Of a DNA stretch of 64,000 nucleotides, positions 1 through 9,126 are shown in pieces. The stretch's first letter is position 1. The number at the start of each line of letters is the position of its first letter. The stretch comes from an uncultured Alphaproteobacteria bacterium (GTDB lineage: Bacteria; Pseudomonadota; Alphaproteobacteria; Acetobacterales; Acetobacteraceae). Where the stretch lies: contig CAVZNH010000070.1 of the NCBI GenBank assembly GCA_963776505.1, positions 81,171-145,170 of the forward strand, read 5' to 3'. The position numbers and the translations under genes were made by a program. Under the pieces are notes generated by a model, which saw only the letters and a program-made list of their open reading frames with translations, did no database searches and was not told the DNA's origin.

Positions 1-30
1 AAGCGAAGCAGTTGCGACCACTCGTCGCCA

Positions 31-58
31 CGCACGCCACTGTTACCAATGGCGTGCG
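31..58 (-). terminator. Putative hairpin downstream of the 72..1139 gene
   Basis: 9-bp inverted repeat CGCACGCCA (31-39) / TGGCGTGCG (50-58) with a 10-nt loop, just past the stop of the minus-strand CDS. No clear U-tract. Confidence 0.3.
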
Positions 59-71
59 GGCCGCTGACTGA

Positions 72-1139
72 TCAGGCGGCCGCCTTGCGGTTCAACTCCA
101 GCCTGGCGTCGACCAACGCCACCGTCGCATCCAGCTCGGCGTTGCGCATGCCGCGCTGCGCCGCGATGCTCTGCACAAGCCGGTCCACCCTTTCGATGTT
201 CGGTGCGCCGTTGAACAGGGCGCGCGCGGCGGACGATGGGCGGATCAGACCGTTGGCTGCCGCTGCGTATTTCTCGAACGGTACCAGATCATCGGACGAT
301 GCCCCGAGCATCATGCACAGCTCGCGTACCCAGTCGTAGACGCGGCGCGAGGCCTCGATGTCCGTGTGCACAGCCTCCTTGATCGAGACTGCGGCATCCG
401 GCTTCACGCAGCGGTAGTTGCCGGTGCACAGCATCGCCCACTTGGCCAGCGGCACGAAGATCGACTCATGCACCTTCAGCTTCACCGGCAGGTCGATCGT
501 GGCGTCGCCGGCGTCGAAGCGGATCGCCTCGATCTCGCGCTGGAACTGCCGCATGATGTCGGTCGATTCATCTGAATCGAACCGCGCCGCCTTGAAGTTG
601 GTCGGCAGCGTCACCGTCAGCACGTTGATCTTGTCGTCCGGCATGCGGATCGCCTGCGGGTCTGGACTGCACAGCGTCAGGCGGCCGGGATCGAAGTTGG
701 CCCAGACGCTCGCGTCGGTGAAGCAGTGGTGCAGCCCATCGGTGTTCAGGCCGCGAATGCGCTTCAGATATGGCAGCGGCGGCATGTTCATGATCGACAT
801 GCAGGGCTTGCCGGATTTCGCCACCGCGTCCAGCAGTTCGCGCACGCCGGGCGAGCGATACTGCGGCTCCTGCATCGCCAGCGCGACCAGGTCGTAATTG
901 GCCGGATCGATGCCGGCCGGTCCGGCGGCGGTCACCTTGCCGGGCAGCCTGCGCGAGTCGATCTCGACCGGCGCAGCGCGGCCCTTGATCGGCATGCGCA
1001 CGCGGATGCCGTCGGCATTGATCGCCTCCACTTCGGCGGGCAGGCAGATCAGCGTCACCTCATGACCGGCGAACAGCAGTTTGCTTGCCAACAGCGACCC
1101 GTAGGACGCGCCCATGATCAGCACTTTATGTGTAGCCAC
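72..1139 (-). CDS. NAD(P)-binding oxidoreductase, ketopantoate reductase (ApbA/PanE)-like
   Basis: 355-aa ORF with an N-terminal Rossmann-type motif (KVLIMGASYGSLLASKLL). Overall resemblance to the 2-dehydropantoate reductase family. Confidence 0.55.
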   Translation of the reverse strand: MATHKVLIMGASYGSLLASKLLFAGHEVTLICLPAEVEAINADGIRVRMPIKGRAAPVEIDSRRLPGKVTAAGPAGIDPANYDLVALAMQEPQYRSPGVRELLDAVAKSGKPCMSIMNMPPLPYLKRIRGLNTDGLHHCFTDASVWANFDPGRLTLCSPDPQAIRMPDDKINVLTVTLPTNFKAARFDSDESTDIMRQFQREIEAIRFDAGDATIDLPVKLKVHESIFVPLAKWAMLCTGNYRCVKPDAAVSIKEAVHTDIEASRRVYDWVRELCMMLGASSDDLVPFEKYAAAANGLIRPSSAARALFNGAPNIERVDRLVQSIAAQRGMRNAELDATVALVDARLELNRKAAA

Positions 1140-1268
1140 TGGACCTTCACTCCCTAGTGCGGCGAAGCGGCGTGGTCCGCCGCTCCCCGTGCGGACGGTG
1201 CTTTTGCCCGCCCTGGTGGACAGTCTGGCACAGGCCGCGGCGAACGTTAACCGCGGCCGCGCAGCCGA

Positions 1269-2732
1269 TCAGCGCGAGATCGCCTCGAGCCGTAGTCCTG
1301 TCGTGCGCGGTCCCATGATCGCGATGATCAGGAACACGGTGACCATGGCGCCGGCGATGAAGGTGAAGACGCCGAGGGTTCCGTAGTGCCTGAGGAAGAA
1401 GGCGATGATGAAGCCGACAAAAATCGTGCTGAAGCGGCTCCAGGAATAGGTGAAGCCGACGGCACGGGCGCGGATGCGGGTCGGATAGAGCTCGGACTGA
1501 TAGGCGTGCAGCGAGTAGGCCATCACGGTGTTCGAGAAAGCGATCAGAGCGCCGACGACCATGATGCCGATCGCGTCCGTCTGCTGCGAGAAGATCAGGC
1601 CGAAGATCGCGATCGAGAGTGCGGAGAAGGCGAGCTGCCACTTCCGTTCGCTGCGATCGGCGAACTGGGTCGCTGCCAGCGCGCCAAGCGGATTGGCCGC
1701 CGCGATGATCACCGTGTAGGCTAGCGTTCTGGTGACGTTGATCCCTTGCGCGAGCAGCAACGTCGGAACCCAGGCGGTGAAGCCGTAATAGCCGACCACC
1801 TGCAGCACCTGAAAGACGATCAGCATCACGGTGCGCTTGAGATAGGGCGGGCGGAACATCTCACTGAAGTAACCGGTGCTGCGTTCGATCTCGCCGTCGA
1901 TCCGGTGAGGCGGTGGCAGCGCGCGGCCGGATTGCGTCTCGACGCGAGTCTCAATCATTCGCGTGACGCGTTCGGCTTCCTCGGCATGGCCGTTCTGCGC
2001 GAGCCAGCGCGGTGATTCAGGAAGTGCCAGGCGCAGGAACCATGCGACGATCGCACCGGTCGCGCCGGCGATCGCGACCCAGCGCCAGCCGTCGAGCCCG
2101 AGGATGACGTGCGGGACAAACGCCCAGGCGAGAAACGCCGTGATCGGGTAGGCCGATGTGCCGATCAGCGAGGTGGTGGCGAACGCCACGCCACGCCTCT
2201 CCCTTGGCACGAGTTCGGACAGGTAGGTGTCGATGGTGACGAACTCGACGCCGATGCCAATGCCCGCGAGAAAGCGCCAGATCACCAGGCCGACATCGCT
2301 TGTCTGCAGCGCCATGACGAAGGTGGCGATGCAGTACCAGACCAATGCATAGGTGAATACGGTCCGACGGCCGAAATAGTCGGACAATGGAGCCAGCCAT
2401 TGGGTGCCGATGAACATGCCGATGAAGGTCGCCGCGATGAGGCTCGCGTAGCCATGGATGTCGAAGAAGCCTTCGGTTGTCGGCACCATGAGTCCCGCCT
2501 TGTAGAGGCCGGGAGCGATGAACGAGATCAGGCCATTGTCGAAGACGTCGAAGAAGGCCCCGAGCGCCAGCAGTACGATACAACGACGCACATAGGGTGA
2601 AGGCGGCAGCCGATCCATGCGTGCGGCAATGGTAGCCACGGGCATTGTCGAATGCGCGATATCGATCGGCATCGCGATGTTGTCGGTCACGGTGTTTCCT
2701 CCTGTTGCTCCGCCATTGCCTGGCGATTGCAC
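1269..2732 (-). CDS. MFS transporter (sugar-porter / aromatic-acid symporter type)
   Basis: 487-aa ORF with multiple hydrophobic helices and MFS signature-like motifs ([15 protein letters not shown]). The start codon may be internal (MPIDIA.. or MDRLPP..). Confidence 0.85.
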   Translation of the reverse strand: MQSPGNGGATGGNTVTDNIAMPIDIAHSTMPVATIAARMDRLPPSPYVRRCIVLLALGAFFDVFDNGLISFIAPGLYKAGLMVPTTEGFFDIHGYASLIAATFIGMFIGTQWLAPLSDYFGRRTVFTYALVWYCIATFVMALQTSDVGLVIWRFLAGIGIGVEFVTIDTYLSELVPRERRGVAFATTSLIGTSAYPITAFLAWAFVPHVILGLDGWRWVAIAGATGAIVAWFLRLALPESPRWLAQNGHAEEAERVTRMIETRVETQSGRALPPPHRIDGEIERSTGYFSEMFRPPYLKRTVMLIVFQVLQVVGYYGFTAWVPTLLLAQGINVTRTLAYTVIIAAANPLGALAATQFADRSERKWQLAFSALSIAIFGLIFSQQTDAIGIMVVGALIAFSNTVMAYSLHAYQSELYPTRIRARAVGFTYSWSRFSTIFVGFIIAFFLRHYGTLGVFTFIAGAMVTVFLIIAIMGPRTTGLRLEAISR

Positions 2733-3021
2733 CGTTGCATCAGTTGGCCGTCGTCAGATCCTCTCTCGCGCTGAACCTGTGCCGAGCCTAGACCGGCAAG
2801 GCACAGTTGCCACGGGTGCCGCTTGAGCGGCGATCCGGGAGCATCTTGGATTACGGCCGGGCGACCGCGTCAAATTCGTCGTGCATCCCGATGGCAGCTT
2901 AGTGCTGCAGCCAAACTTGGCGTTTCGGCGTTGCGAGGCAAAGCCAGATCGCGACGGCCTCCGGTGACGATCGAGGCCATGGATGCAGCCATCGCTGCGC
3001 CACGGCAAGCCGCAAGCGGCG

Positions 3022-3416
3022 ATGATCGGACTGGATACCAACGTCTCGTCCGCTACCTCACGCAAGACGATCCGGTGCAGGCACGCCAGGCAACCGAGCT
3101 GATCGAGCGGCGTCTCAGTGAACAGAACCCCGGCGTATATCAGTGTCGTTGCGATGATCGAGACCGCCTTGGTTCTCGAACGCGCCTACCACCTCGGCGC
3201 CACGAACATCGCGGCCGCCATCGAACGCATCCTGCAGGTGGCCGAACTCATCGTCGAGGACGAGCGGGAAGTGTTCGTCGCGATGGTCGCACTGAGGAGG
3301 CAGGGCGCGCATTCAAGGTTCATTTGCCGATGCGCTGATCGGCGCTCTCGGAGCGCGAGCCGACTGCCACCTTCGATCGGAAGACACTGCGCCTCCCAGG
3401 TTTCGCGCTGCCATAG
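3022..3416 (+). pseudogene. PIN-domain (VapC-like) toxin, multiply frameshifted
   Basis: MIGLDTNV..LVRYLTQDDPVQ..ISVVAMIETALVLERAY..FADALIGAL..FDRKTLRLPGFALP can only be read by switching frame at least 4 times over ~395 nt. The ATG overlaps a possible upstream antitoxin stop (ATGA). Confidence 0.6.
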
Positions 3417-3580
3417 CGATTACCCGCTTCGCCAGTCAGAGATGGCGGGCGAGCCTGACCTGCGCAAAAGTTTCAACCGTGTGATGGCCTTGGCTGCTTG
3501 ATGCACAGCACGCCGCTGGGCTGACTGGCTTGATGCGTTTATTGATCGGAATTATACTGTGGCAATTACTAGGGGGAAAT

Positions 3581-3976
3581 ATGGGCAAAATCGTTCTGTT
3601 GGTCGGCGTGCGCCTTGTCCTGCTTCGCACTGGCGCAAAGTGCGCCGCCAGTCAGCGGGCCGAGAGGTCGAGAATCTGCAAGGTGAACGAGCCGTTCGCC
3701 GCCGCCGGGGATCACATTGACGACCGTGATCACCATGAACAACGATGGCCATCCGTGCTGTACATCCGCCACACCACTCAGAGTGGTCGCGTGTTCGGTG
3801 CACCGATGCACGTTACGCGCCAACCCGGCCATGGCACGATCGAGATCACCGTGCTGGAGAAGGGCACACGCATCGCCTACCGGCCGAATGCTGCCTTTGT
3901 GGGAGAGGATGAGTTCTCCATCATCAACGAAATGTACAACGTTGATCGCCCCTATAAGGTCACTGTCGTCAAATAG
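3581..3976 (+). CDS. Hypothetical small protein with an Ig-like C-terminal segment
   Basis: ATG preceded by AGGGGGAA. The hydrophobic N-terminus resembles a signal peptide. The C-terminus (PGHGTIEI..IAYRPNAAFVGEDEFSI..YKVTVV) resembles bacterial Ig/cadherin-like repeats. The middle part may be frameshifted. Confidence 0.4.
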   Translation: MGKIVLLVGVRLVLLRTGAKCAASQRAERSRICKVNEPFAAAGDHIDDRDHHEQRWPSVLYIRHTTQSGRVFGAPMHVTRQPGHGTIEITVLEKGTRIAYRPNAAFVGEDEFSIINEMYNVDRPYKVTVVK

Positions 3977-4039
3977 GGCATCCGATCGAATGCGTCGCTG
4001 GTCGCCGAGTTGGCCGCGCATAAGCTGCCACCCGCTTCG

Positions 4040-4394
4040 CCACGTGGGGCCGCTATAGCTCGAACCCCAGATGCCTATCCGCCCCGGATCGGCATCTGCC
4101 AACCCGGCGGCATGAGTTATGGCATCGCGCGATAATTGCGAAGCTGCGCCCGAGGATCGATCTCCTGACGAGGCTCACCGTCACTGGCGCCGAAGTTGCG
4201 ATTGTCCAACACGACCGATGCGCGTCCGGCCTGGGCGAACGCTTCCGCGAACCGGTCAAGCTACATCTCATTCACGGCGGAAAAGCCGTGCGTCATGACG
4301 ATCGTAAGATACTTGCTGAACCGCCATCGGGCAGATAGCGCCGGCCGCGCACCGCCATGCCGTCTTCGGCCTTGAACTCGATCTTCTTCCGCAT
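4040..4394 (-). pseudogene. Alpha/beta hydrolase (dienelactone-hydrolase-like), N-terminal fragment with frameshifts and in-frame stops
   Basis: My translation reads MRKKIEFKAEDGMAV..TIVMTHGFSAVNEM* / LDRFAEAFAQAGRASVVLDNRNFGASDGEP.. / ..GIWGSSYSG (nucleophile elbow GxSxG). Similarity then ends and no C-terminal half is present. Confidence 0.55.
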
Positions 4395-4410
4395 GGCGTT
4401 CCGCTATTCG

Positions 4411-5331
4411 CTACCGCACCTCGACCAACTCCAACGCCTCCTTGCTCGGCCCCTCGATCATCGCCGCGCGCGTGGCACCGAGCCGATACGGCTCCTCCAG
4501 CACCACCACCCCCTCGCCGTGCAGCTTCGCCATCCACGCATCCAGATCGCCGACACTCAGCGCGATGTGGTCCTGCAACTGCCCGCGCGGACTGGCCAGC
4601 GGCGTCTCGCCCTGGTTCGCGTACCAGGTCAGCACCACATCGCCGAACTCGACGCCGGCGCGCGGCGTGCGGAACATCCCCTCGCGGTTCAGCGCCGGCC
4701 ACGTGCGGTCCTCGCCGCGCGGCACCTTGCAGTCAGCCTCGGAGGGCGCGGGACCGAAGCCCGCGCGCACCGGTGCGTTCAGGTGCTTCTGGTACCAGAT
4801 CAGCGCGCACAGCGGCTCCTCCTGCCACAGATGCACGTGGTTGAACCGCTCGGCCGGATAGTTCCCGGCGTATTCCACCAGCGCATTGTCCGGCCCCGCC
4901 ATGTAGGCGAACCCGCCGCCGCCCGGCGGCTTCACCCCTGCGGCGCGCGCATCGGCGATCTGCGCCCGCGTGAGGCCCAGCACGCCACCGACATTCGGCC
5001 AGGTGTCGCTGCTCACCAGCACCGAGCCGCCCTCGTCCGTCGTATAGAGCGGCAGCAGCCCCACCTCGTCGCGCTGTTTGAACGTGGCAAGGCTCTTGCG
5101 CACATCGGTGACGTGCCAGCCGAAATGCCAGATCGCGCTCTGCGGCTCGGAGGTCGGCGGTCGATCCACCTTGGTGAACAGCACCATCACGTTGTTGGGC
5201 GACAGCAGCGCCGGGAAGCCGGCCCACTCGCCCTTCGTGCAGCTCGGGAACTGCCGCGTGTACCAGTCGATCGCCGCGTCGGGATCGACCGAGTTCAGGT
5301 GCAGATGATGGAACCCCGGTGTCGGCAGCAT
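4411..5331 (-). CDS. VOC (glyoxalase/bleomycin-resistance/dioxygenase) family protein
   Basis: The ORF starts at MLPTPGFHHLHLNSVD, preceded by GGGAGGA. Two-module organisation (FHHLHL.. and FNHVHLW..). The ORF-track start at 5436 is probably too far upstream. Confidence 0.7.
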   Translation of the reverse strand: MLPTPGFHHLHLNSVDPDAAIDWYTRQFPSCTKGEWAGFPALLSPNNVMVLFTKVDRPPTSEPQSAIWHFGWHVTDVRKSLATFKQRDEVGLLPLYTTDEGGSVLVSSDTWPNVGGVLGLTRAQIADARAAGVKPPGGGGFAYMAGPDNALVEYAGNYPAERFNHVHLWQEEPLCALIWYQKHLNAPVRAGFGPAPSEADCKVPRGEDRTWPALNREGMFRTPRAGVEFGDVVLTWYANQGETPLASPRGQLQDHIALSVGDLDAWMAKLHGEGVVVLEEPYRLGATRAAMIEGPSKEALELVEVR

Positions 5332-5405
5332 TGTTCGGTCCTCCCTGATCGGCGCCACGATAGCGCCGCCTTGCGTGTCCGCCCAGGATCGGCCATCTGT
5401 CCGCC

Positions 5406-6407
5406 ATGCAACGCGTGTTCTCCGGCGTCCAGCCAACCGGCATCGCCCACCTCGGCAACTACCTCGGCGCCTTCCGCAACTGGGTGGCGCTACAGGACAG
5501 CCATGACTGCATCTATTGCGTCGTCGATCTGCACGCCATCACCGAGAACTGGCAGGAACCCGGCGCGCTGGCGCAGCAGACGCGCGAAATGGCGGCAATG
5601 CTGCTGGCCTGCGGCATCAATCCGCAGAAGCACATCCTGTTCGCGCAGTCGTCGGTGCGCGCGCACGCGCAGCTCGCCTGGATTTTCAACTGCGTCGCGC
5701 GCATCGGCTGGCTGAACCGCATGACGCAGTTCAAGGACAAGGCCGGCAAGAACCGCGAGAATGCTTCGGCGGGACTTTACGTCTATCCGAACCTCATGGC
5801 GGCCGACATCCTGGTCTATCACGCCACAGGCGTGCCGGTGGGCGAGGACCAGCGGCAGCACCTCGAACTGGCCAACGACATTGCGCAGAAATTCAACCAC
5901 GACACTGGCGTGGATTTCTTCCCGCAGATCGCTCCGCTGATTATGGGCCCGGCGCCGCGGGTGATGAGCCTGCGCGATGGGACGAAGAAGATGTCGAAGT
6001 CCGATCCGTCGGACCAGAGCCGCATCAACCTGAACGACGACCCCGACGCGATCGCCCTCAAGGTTCGCCGCGCGAAGACCGATCCCGAGCCGCTGCCGTC
6101 GGAGCCGCAGGGGCTCGAGAAGCGGCCCGAGGCGCGCAATCTGGTCGGTATCTACGCGGCACTGGACGGCACCGATCATGCGTCGGTGCTGCGCGAGCAT
6201 GGCGGAAAAGGGTTTGGCGTGTTCAAGGAGGCGCTGGCGGCCCTGCTGGTGGACCGGCTGCGGCCGATCGCTGCCGAGGCGCGCCGGCTGCTGGACGATC
6301 CGGCCAGCGTGGACGCAGTGCTGCGCGATGGCGCCGCACGTGCCGCGGAGATCGCCGATCCGATCCTGGCAGAGGCGGAGCGCTTGGTCGGTTTCCTGCG
6401 GGTGTAG
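5406..6407 (+). CDS. trpS: Tryptophan--tRNA ligase
   Basis: [17 protein letters not shown] (HIGH-type motif) and KMSKS are both present. 333 aa, typical TrpS length. Confidence 0.96.
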   Translation: MQRVFSGVQPTGIAHLGNYLGAFRNWVALQDSHDCIYCVVDLHAITENWQEPGALAQQTREMAAMLLACGINPQKHILFAQSSVRAHAQLAWIFNCVARIGWLNRMTQFKDKAGKNRENASAGLYVYPNLMAADILVYHATGVPVGEDQRQHLELANDIAQKFNHDTGVDFFPQIAPLIMGPAPRVMSLRDGTKKMSKSDPSDQSRINLNDDPDAIALKVRRAKTDPEPLPSEPQGLEKRPEARNLVGIYAALDGTDHASVLREHGGKGFGVFKEALAALLVDRLRPIAAEARRLLDDPASVDAVLRDGAARAAEIADPILAEAERLVGFLRV

Positions 6408-6446
6408 CGCGGCCGTTCTTATCGCTTCCTTCACACGATAGGCGGA

Positions 6447-7478
6447 GTGTGTCAGCCGCAATTCACGGCGTTCCTGCCTCCAATGGATATGCAGCCGAGT
6501 GTTCGTCCGGTCTTCTCGGTTGTCATTCCGATGTACAACGAAGCCGAGATCATCGGCGAAATGCATCGGCGCCTCGCTGCGGTGATGGCGACGCTGGGAG
6601 CGCCCTGGGAGGCGATCTATGTCAACGACGGCAGCCGTGACGCCTCCCTGCGGACCGTCGAGATGCTGCGGCAGGCCGACAGCCACATCGCTGTCGTCAA
6701 CCTGTCGCGCAACTTTGGCAAGGAGATCGCCACCACCGCCGGTCTGGACCACGCGCAGGGCGACGCGGTGATCGTCATCGATGCCGACCTCCAGGACCCG
6801 CCGGAGGTGATCCCGCGTCTCGTCGCCGCCTGGCATGCCGGCTACGACATGGTCTATGCCCAGCGCCATCTGCGTGAGGGCGATAGTTGGCTGAAAAGGT
6901 CTACTGCCGCGGCATTCTACCGCATCATGCGCCGCATGGCCGATGTGCCCCTCCCGGAGAACGCCGGCGACTTCCGGCTGATGAGCCGGCGGGTGGTCGA
7001 CGCGGTGCAGCAGTTGCGCGAGCACCATAGGTTCATGAAGGGCCTGTTCGCCTGGGTGGGATTTCCCAGCATCGCCGTCGCATACGATCGCGAGCCACGC
7101 GGCGCCGGCCACTCCAAGTGGTCGTTCTGGAAGCTGTGGAACCTGGCGATCGAGGGCATCACCGGCTTCAGTGTCGGGCCGCTGAAGCTCGCCACGTACC
7201 TGGGGCTGGCGGTCGCGCTCTTCGCCGTGGTGTTCGGCGCGCAGCTCATCCTGCGTACGCTCATTTATGGCAATCCGGTCGCCGGCTACCCCAGCCTTAT
7301 GGCCGTTATGCTGTTCCTCGGCGGCACGCAACTTGTCACTCTCGGGATCATGGGGGAATACCTCGGCCGCGTGTTCAACGAGACCAAGCGACGCCCGCTG
7401 TATCTGGTGGAGCGCTACGTACCGAGTGGCACGGTGACGCCGATCATGTCGCCCTCGCGGACTATCGCGGCGAGCTGA
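6447..7478 (+). CDS. Family 2 glycosyltransferase (polyprenyl-phosphate sugar transferase-like)
   Basis: FSVVIPMYNE, YVNDGSRD, VIDADLQDPPE (DxD) motifs and two C-terminal TM helices. The start may be at an internal Met (MDMQ). Confidence 0.85.
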   Translation: MCQPQFTAFLPPMDMQPSVRPVFSVVIPMYNEAEIIGEMHRRLAAVMATLGAPWEAIYVNDGSRDASLRTVEMLRQADSHIAVVNLSRNFGKEIATTAGLDHAQGDAVIVIDADLQDPPEVIPRLVAAWHAGYDMVYAQRHLREGDSWLKRSTAAAFYRIMRRMADVPLPENAGDFRLMSRRVVDAVQQLREHHRFMKGLFAWVGFPSIAVAYDREPRGAGHSKWSFWKLWNLAIEGITGFSVGPLKLATYLGLAVALFAVVFGAQLILRTLIYGNPVAGYPSLMAVMLFLGGTQLVTLGIMGEYLGRVFNETKRRPLYLVERYVPSGTVTPIMSPSRTIAAS

Positions 7479-7996
7479 TCCTCGCTCCAGCCTTCCGTCC
7501 CTGCGGGACGCCGCGGCAGCACCATCCAACGATAGTCTGCGGTGGAATCGACGACGCGGATCTTCACGCCTTCTGGCAGCACGGTGCCCCATTCAGCGAT
7601 CAGACCGCGCGGGTCGCGCACGCCGCGAGCGCGATACGCGGCGGATTTGAACCAAAATGGCGGATAGCCGAGCACCGCGCGTGGGTAACAACTGCACAGC
7701 GTACAGACCACGAGGTTGTGCACCTCGTCGGTGTTCTCGAGCACGCCGAGCGGCGGGGCGCCGCGCATTGGAATGCCGAGTTCCTCGGCCGCCTTGGTGC
7801 CGTCCTCGAGCATCAGCGTGCGATACGTCGGATCGGTCCACGCCTTCGCCACCATGCGCGCCCCCTGCCCGGGGTTGGCGGCATCGGTGATCGCGATGCG
7901 CTCGGAGATTTCCGCGCTCGACACCAGGCCTTTCGCAGCCAGCAGATCGCGCACCGCGGCCAGCAGCTTTTCGCCGTCGGTTTCCAGGATGTTCAT
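7415..7996 (-). CDS. Nitrile hydratase alpha-subunit-like protein, cobalt-type metal site
   Basis: 193 aa with the metal-binding claw VVCTLCSCYPRAVLGYPPFWFKS (C-T-L-C-S-C-Y is the Co-type signature). GAGG lies 7 nt upstream of the ATG. Confidence 0.9.
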   Translation of the reverse strand: MNILETDGEKLLAAVRDLLAAKGLVSSAEISERIAITDAANPGQGARMVAKAWTDPTYRTLMLEDGTKAAEELGIPMRGAPPLGVLENTDEVHNLVVCTLCSCYPRAVLGYPPFWFKSAAYRARGVRDPRGLIAEWGTVLPEGVKIRVVDSTADYRWMVLPRRPAGTEGWSEDQLAAIVREGDMIGVTVPLGT

Positions 7997-8012
7997 GCGC
8001 TACCTCGGGCCA

Positions 8013-8300
8013 TCATGCCGGCTCCAGCCAATGTTCGTAGATCTCCACCAGCAGTTCGTCGCCCGCCTTGCCTTCCTGCCACACCGCAGGCTGAGCGAAC
8101 ACTACGTGATACAGCGCGCGCTCCGCCGCGGGGCGGGCGAAGGCGAGGTCCTCGGGATTGGGATAGGCGCCAAGCTTCCGTACCACCGCGCCCTGCATGC
8201 CGCGCAGGTAGTGCGGCGTGCGGATATGCACCTTGCCGCGTGTCTCCGGCCAATCGTTCTTCACCCGCACGCGCGTGCCAGCGGCGTAATCGACCATCAC
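8013..8300 (-). CDS. Nitrile hydratase beta-subunit C-terminal-half homologue (SH3-like)
   Basis: 95 aa. GTRVRVKND..GKVHIRTPHYLRGMQGAVV..ALYHVVF..VEIYEHWLE matches the C-terminal barrel of NHase beta, including the R..P.Y.RG segment. Confidence 0.8.
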   Translation of the reverse strand: MMVDYAAGTRVRVKNDWPETRGKVHIRTPHYLRGMQGAVVRKLGAYPNPEDLAFARPAAERALYHVVFAQPAVWQEGKAGDELLVEIYEHWLEPA

Positions 8301-8629
8301 ACGCGGTCCAGCGCGGCGCGCAATTCCGCCTCCGTGATGACGCCCTTGACCAGCAGGTTGTCGGTGATCGAGCGGATCCAGCGCCGATAGTAGCTCAGGC
8401 GGTGGTATTCGGCCTCGGGTATGGCCTCGATGCCGCGCCGCAGCTCGTCCACCGTCATGACGCGCTTCGCACCTAGCACGGCGCGCAATGCGTCTACCTC
8501 CTTGTCGAAGTCGGTCAGCGCGTGCGGTTCGACATCGACCGGCTCGCAGAGGAATTTCGAAACGCCACCCAGGTCGTGGTGGGCCCGTGGCACATCCTTG
8601 TCCATCGCGAGAGAATAGCGCGGAAGCAT
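8297..8629 (-). CDS. Nitrile hydratase beta-subunit N-terminal-half homologue
   Basis: 110 aa. HHDLGG, DELRRGIEAIPEAEY, SYYRRWI match the N-terminal helical half of NHase beta. 4-nt ATGA overlap with the next gene. The start may be the internal MDKD. Confidence 0.8.
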   Translation of the reverse strand: MLPRYSLAMDKDVPRAHHDLGGVSKFLCEPVDVEPHALTDFDKEVDALRAVLGAKRVMTVDELRRGIEAIPEAEYHRLSYYRRWIRSITDNLLVKGVITEAELRAALDRV

Positions 8630-8675
8630 CGCGCTGCCAAAGCCCGGTACGGTTCGAGGGAAACAGGGGCCTCGA

Positions 8676-9047
8676 TTACCGATAAGCTGGTGTGGAGATT
8701 CCTGGCCGGGCCGGAACCATCAGGATTTCTGTATGCGAGGCGTTGATGGTTTCGCCCTCACTGGGCGTCTCAGTGTATTGGGCGGAGACCGTGGTCTGCA
8801 AGCGCTGTATGCTTTCTGACAGATGTTCCTTGTTCGAATCACCCGATCCCAGGTCGCCTGCATGCGAAAGATCGTCATCATTCTCAATGCGCGCGTGCTG
8901 GATCATCTGGCTGCGGCGTCCGCGACCGCCTGACGCGATGCTTTCGCTGTTCGACCGGGGCCGCTTTCTCCGTCCCGACCTGCGCTCAATGCGGCGAACA
9001 TGGCGCCACCATGGCTTCGCAAGGGCCGCAAGAGACAGTTGCTCCAT
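8676..9047 (-). CDS. Hypothetical ORF upstream of the NHase-like operon (weak)
   Basis: 123-aa ORF in a lower-GC spacer with no recognisable motif and no clear RBS. Listed only because it is co-oriented and ends 47 nt before the operon. Confidence 0.2.
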   Translation of the reverse strand: MEQLSLAALAKPWWRHVRRIERRSGRRKRPRSNSESIASGGRGRRSQMIQHARIENDDDLSHAGDLGSGDSNKEHLSESIQRLQTTVSAQYTETPSEGETINASHTEILMVPARPGISTPAYR

Positions 9048-9126
9048 CGAATTAAGCCTGCGTCAGGGTGGACGCCACTGCAGCCTCCGCTCTACCAATG
9101 ATGCAACAAAGGGAGGACACTGGTTC

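Noticed and set aside
4268-5715. Overlapping ORFs 4268-4702 (-), 4357-5715 (+), 4733-5458 (-)
   Set aside because: These are alternative frames of, or antisense to, the VOC-family gene, or lie over the hydrolase pseudogene. They are Arg/Ala/Gly-rich with no motifs.
5490-7592. 700-aa minus-strand ORF spanning the trpS and GT2 region
   Set aside because: It is antisense to two genes with clear signature motifs. Its composition is Arg/Ala/Gly/Pro-rich with no motifs, typical of shadow ORFs in high-GC DNA.
7415-8629. Specific call as thiocyanate hydrolase or toyocamycin nitrile hydratase
   Set aside because: The split-beta architecture matches both, but substrate specificity cannot be read from the motifs I can see. 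It is kept as a generic NHase-like three-subunit enzyme.
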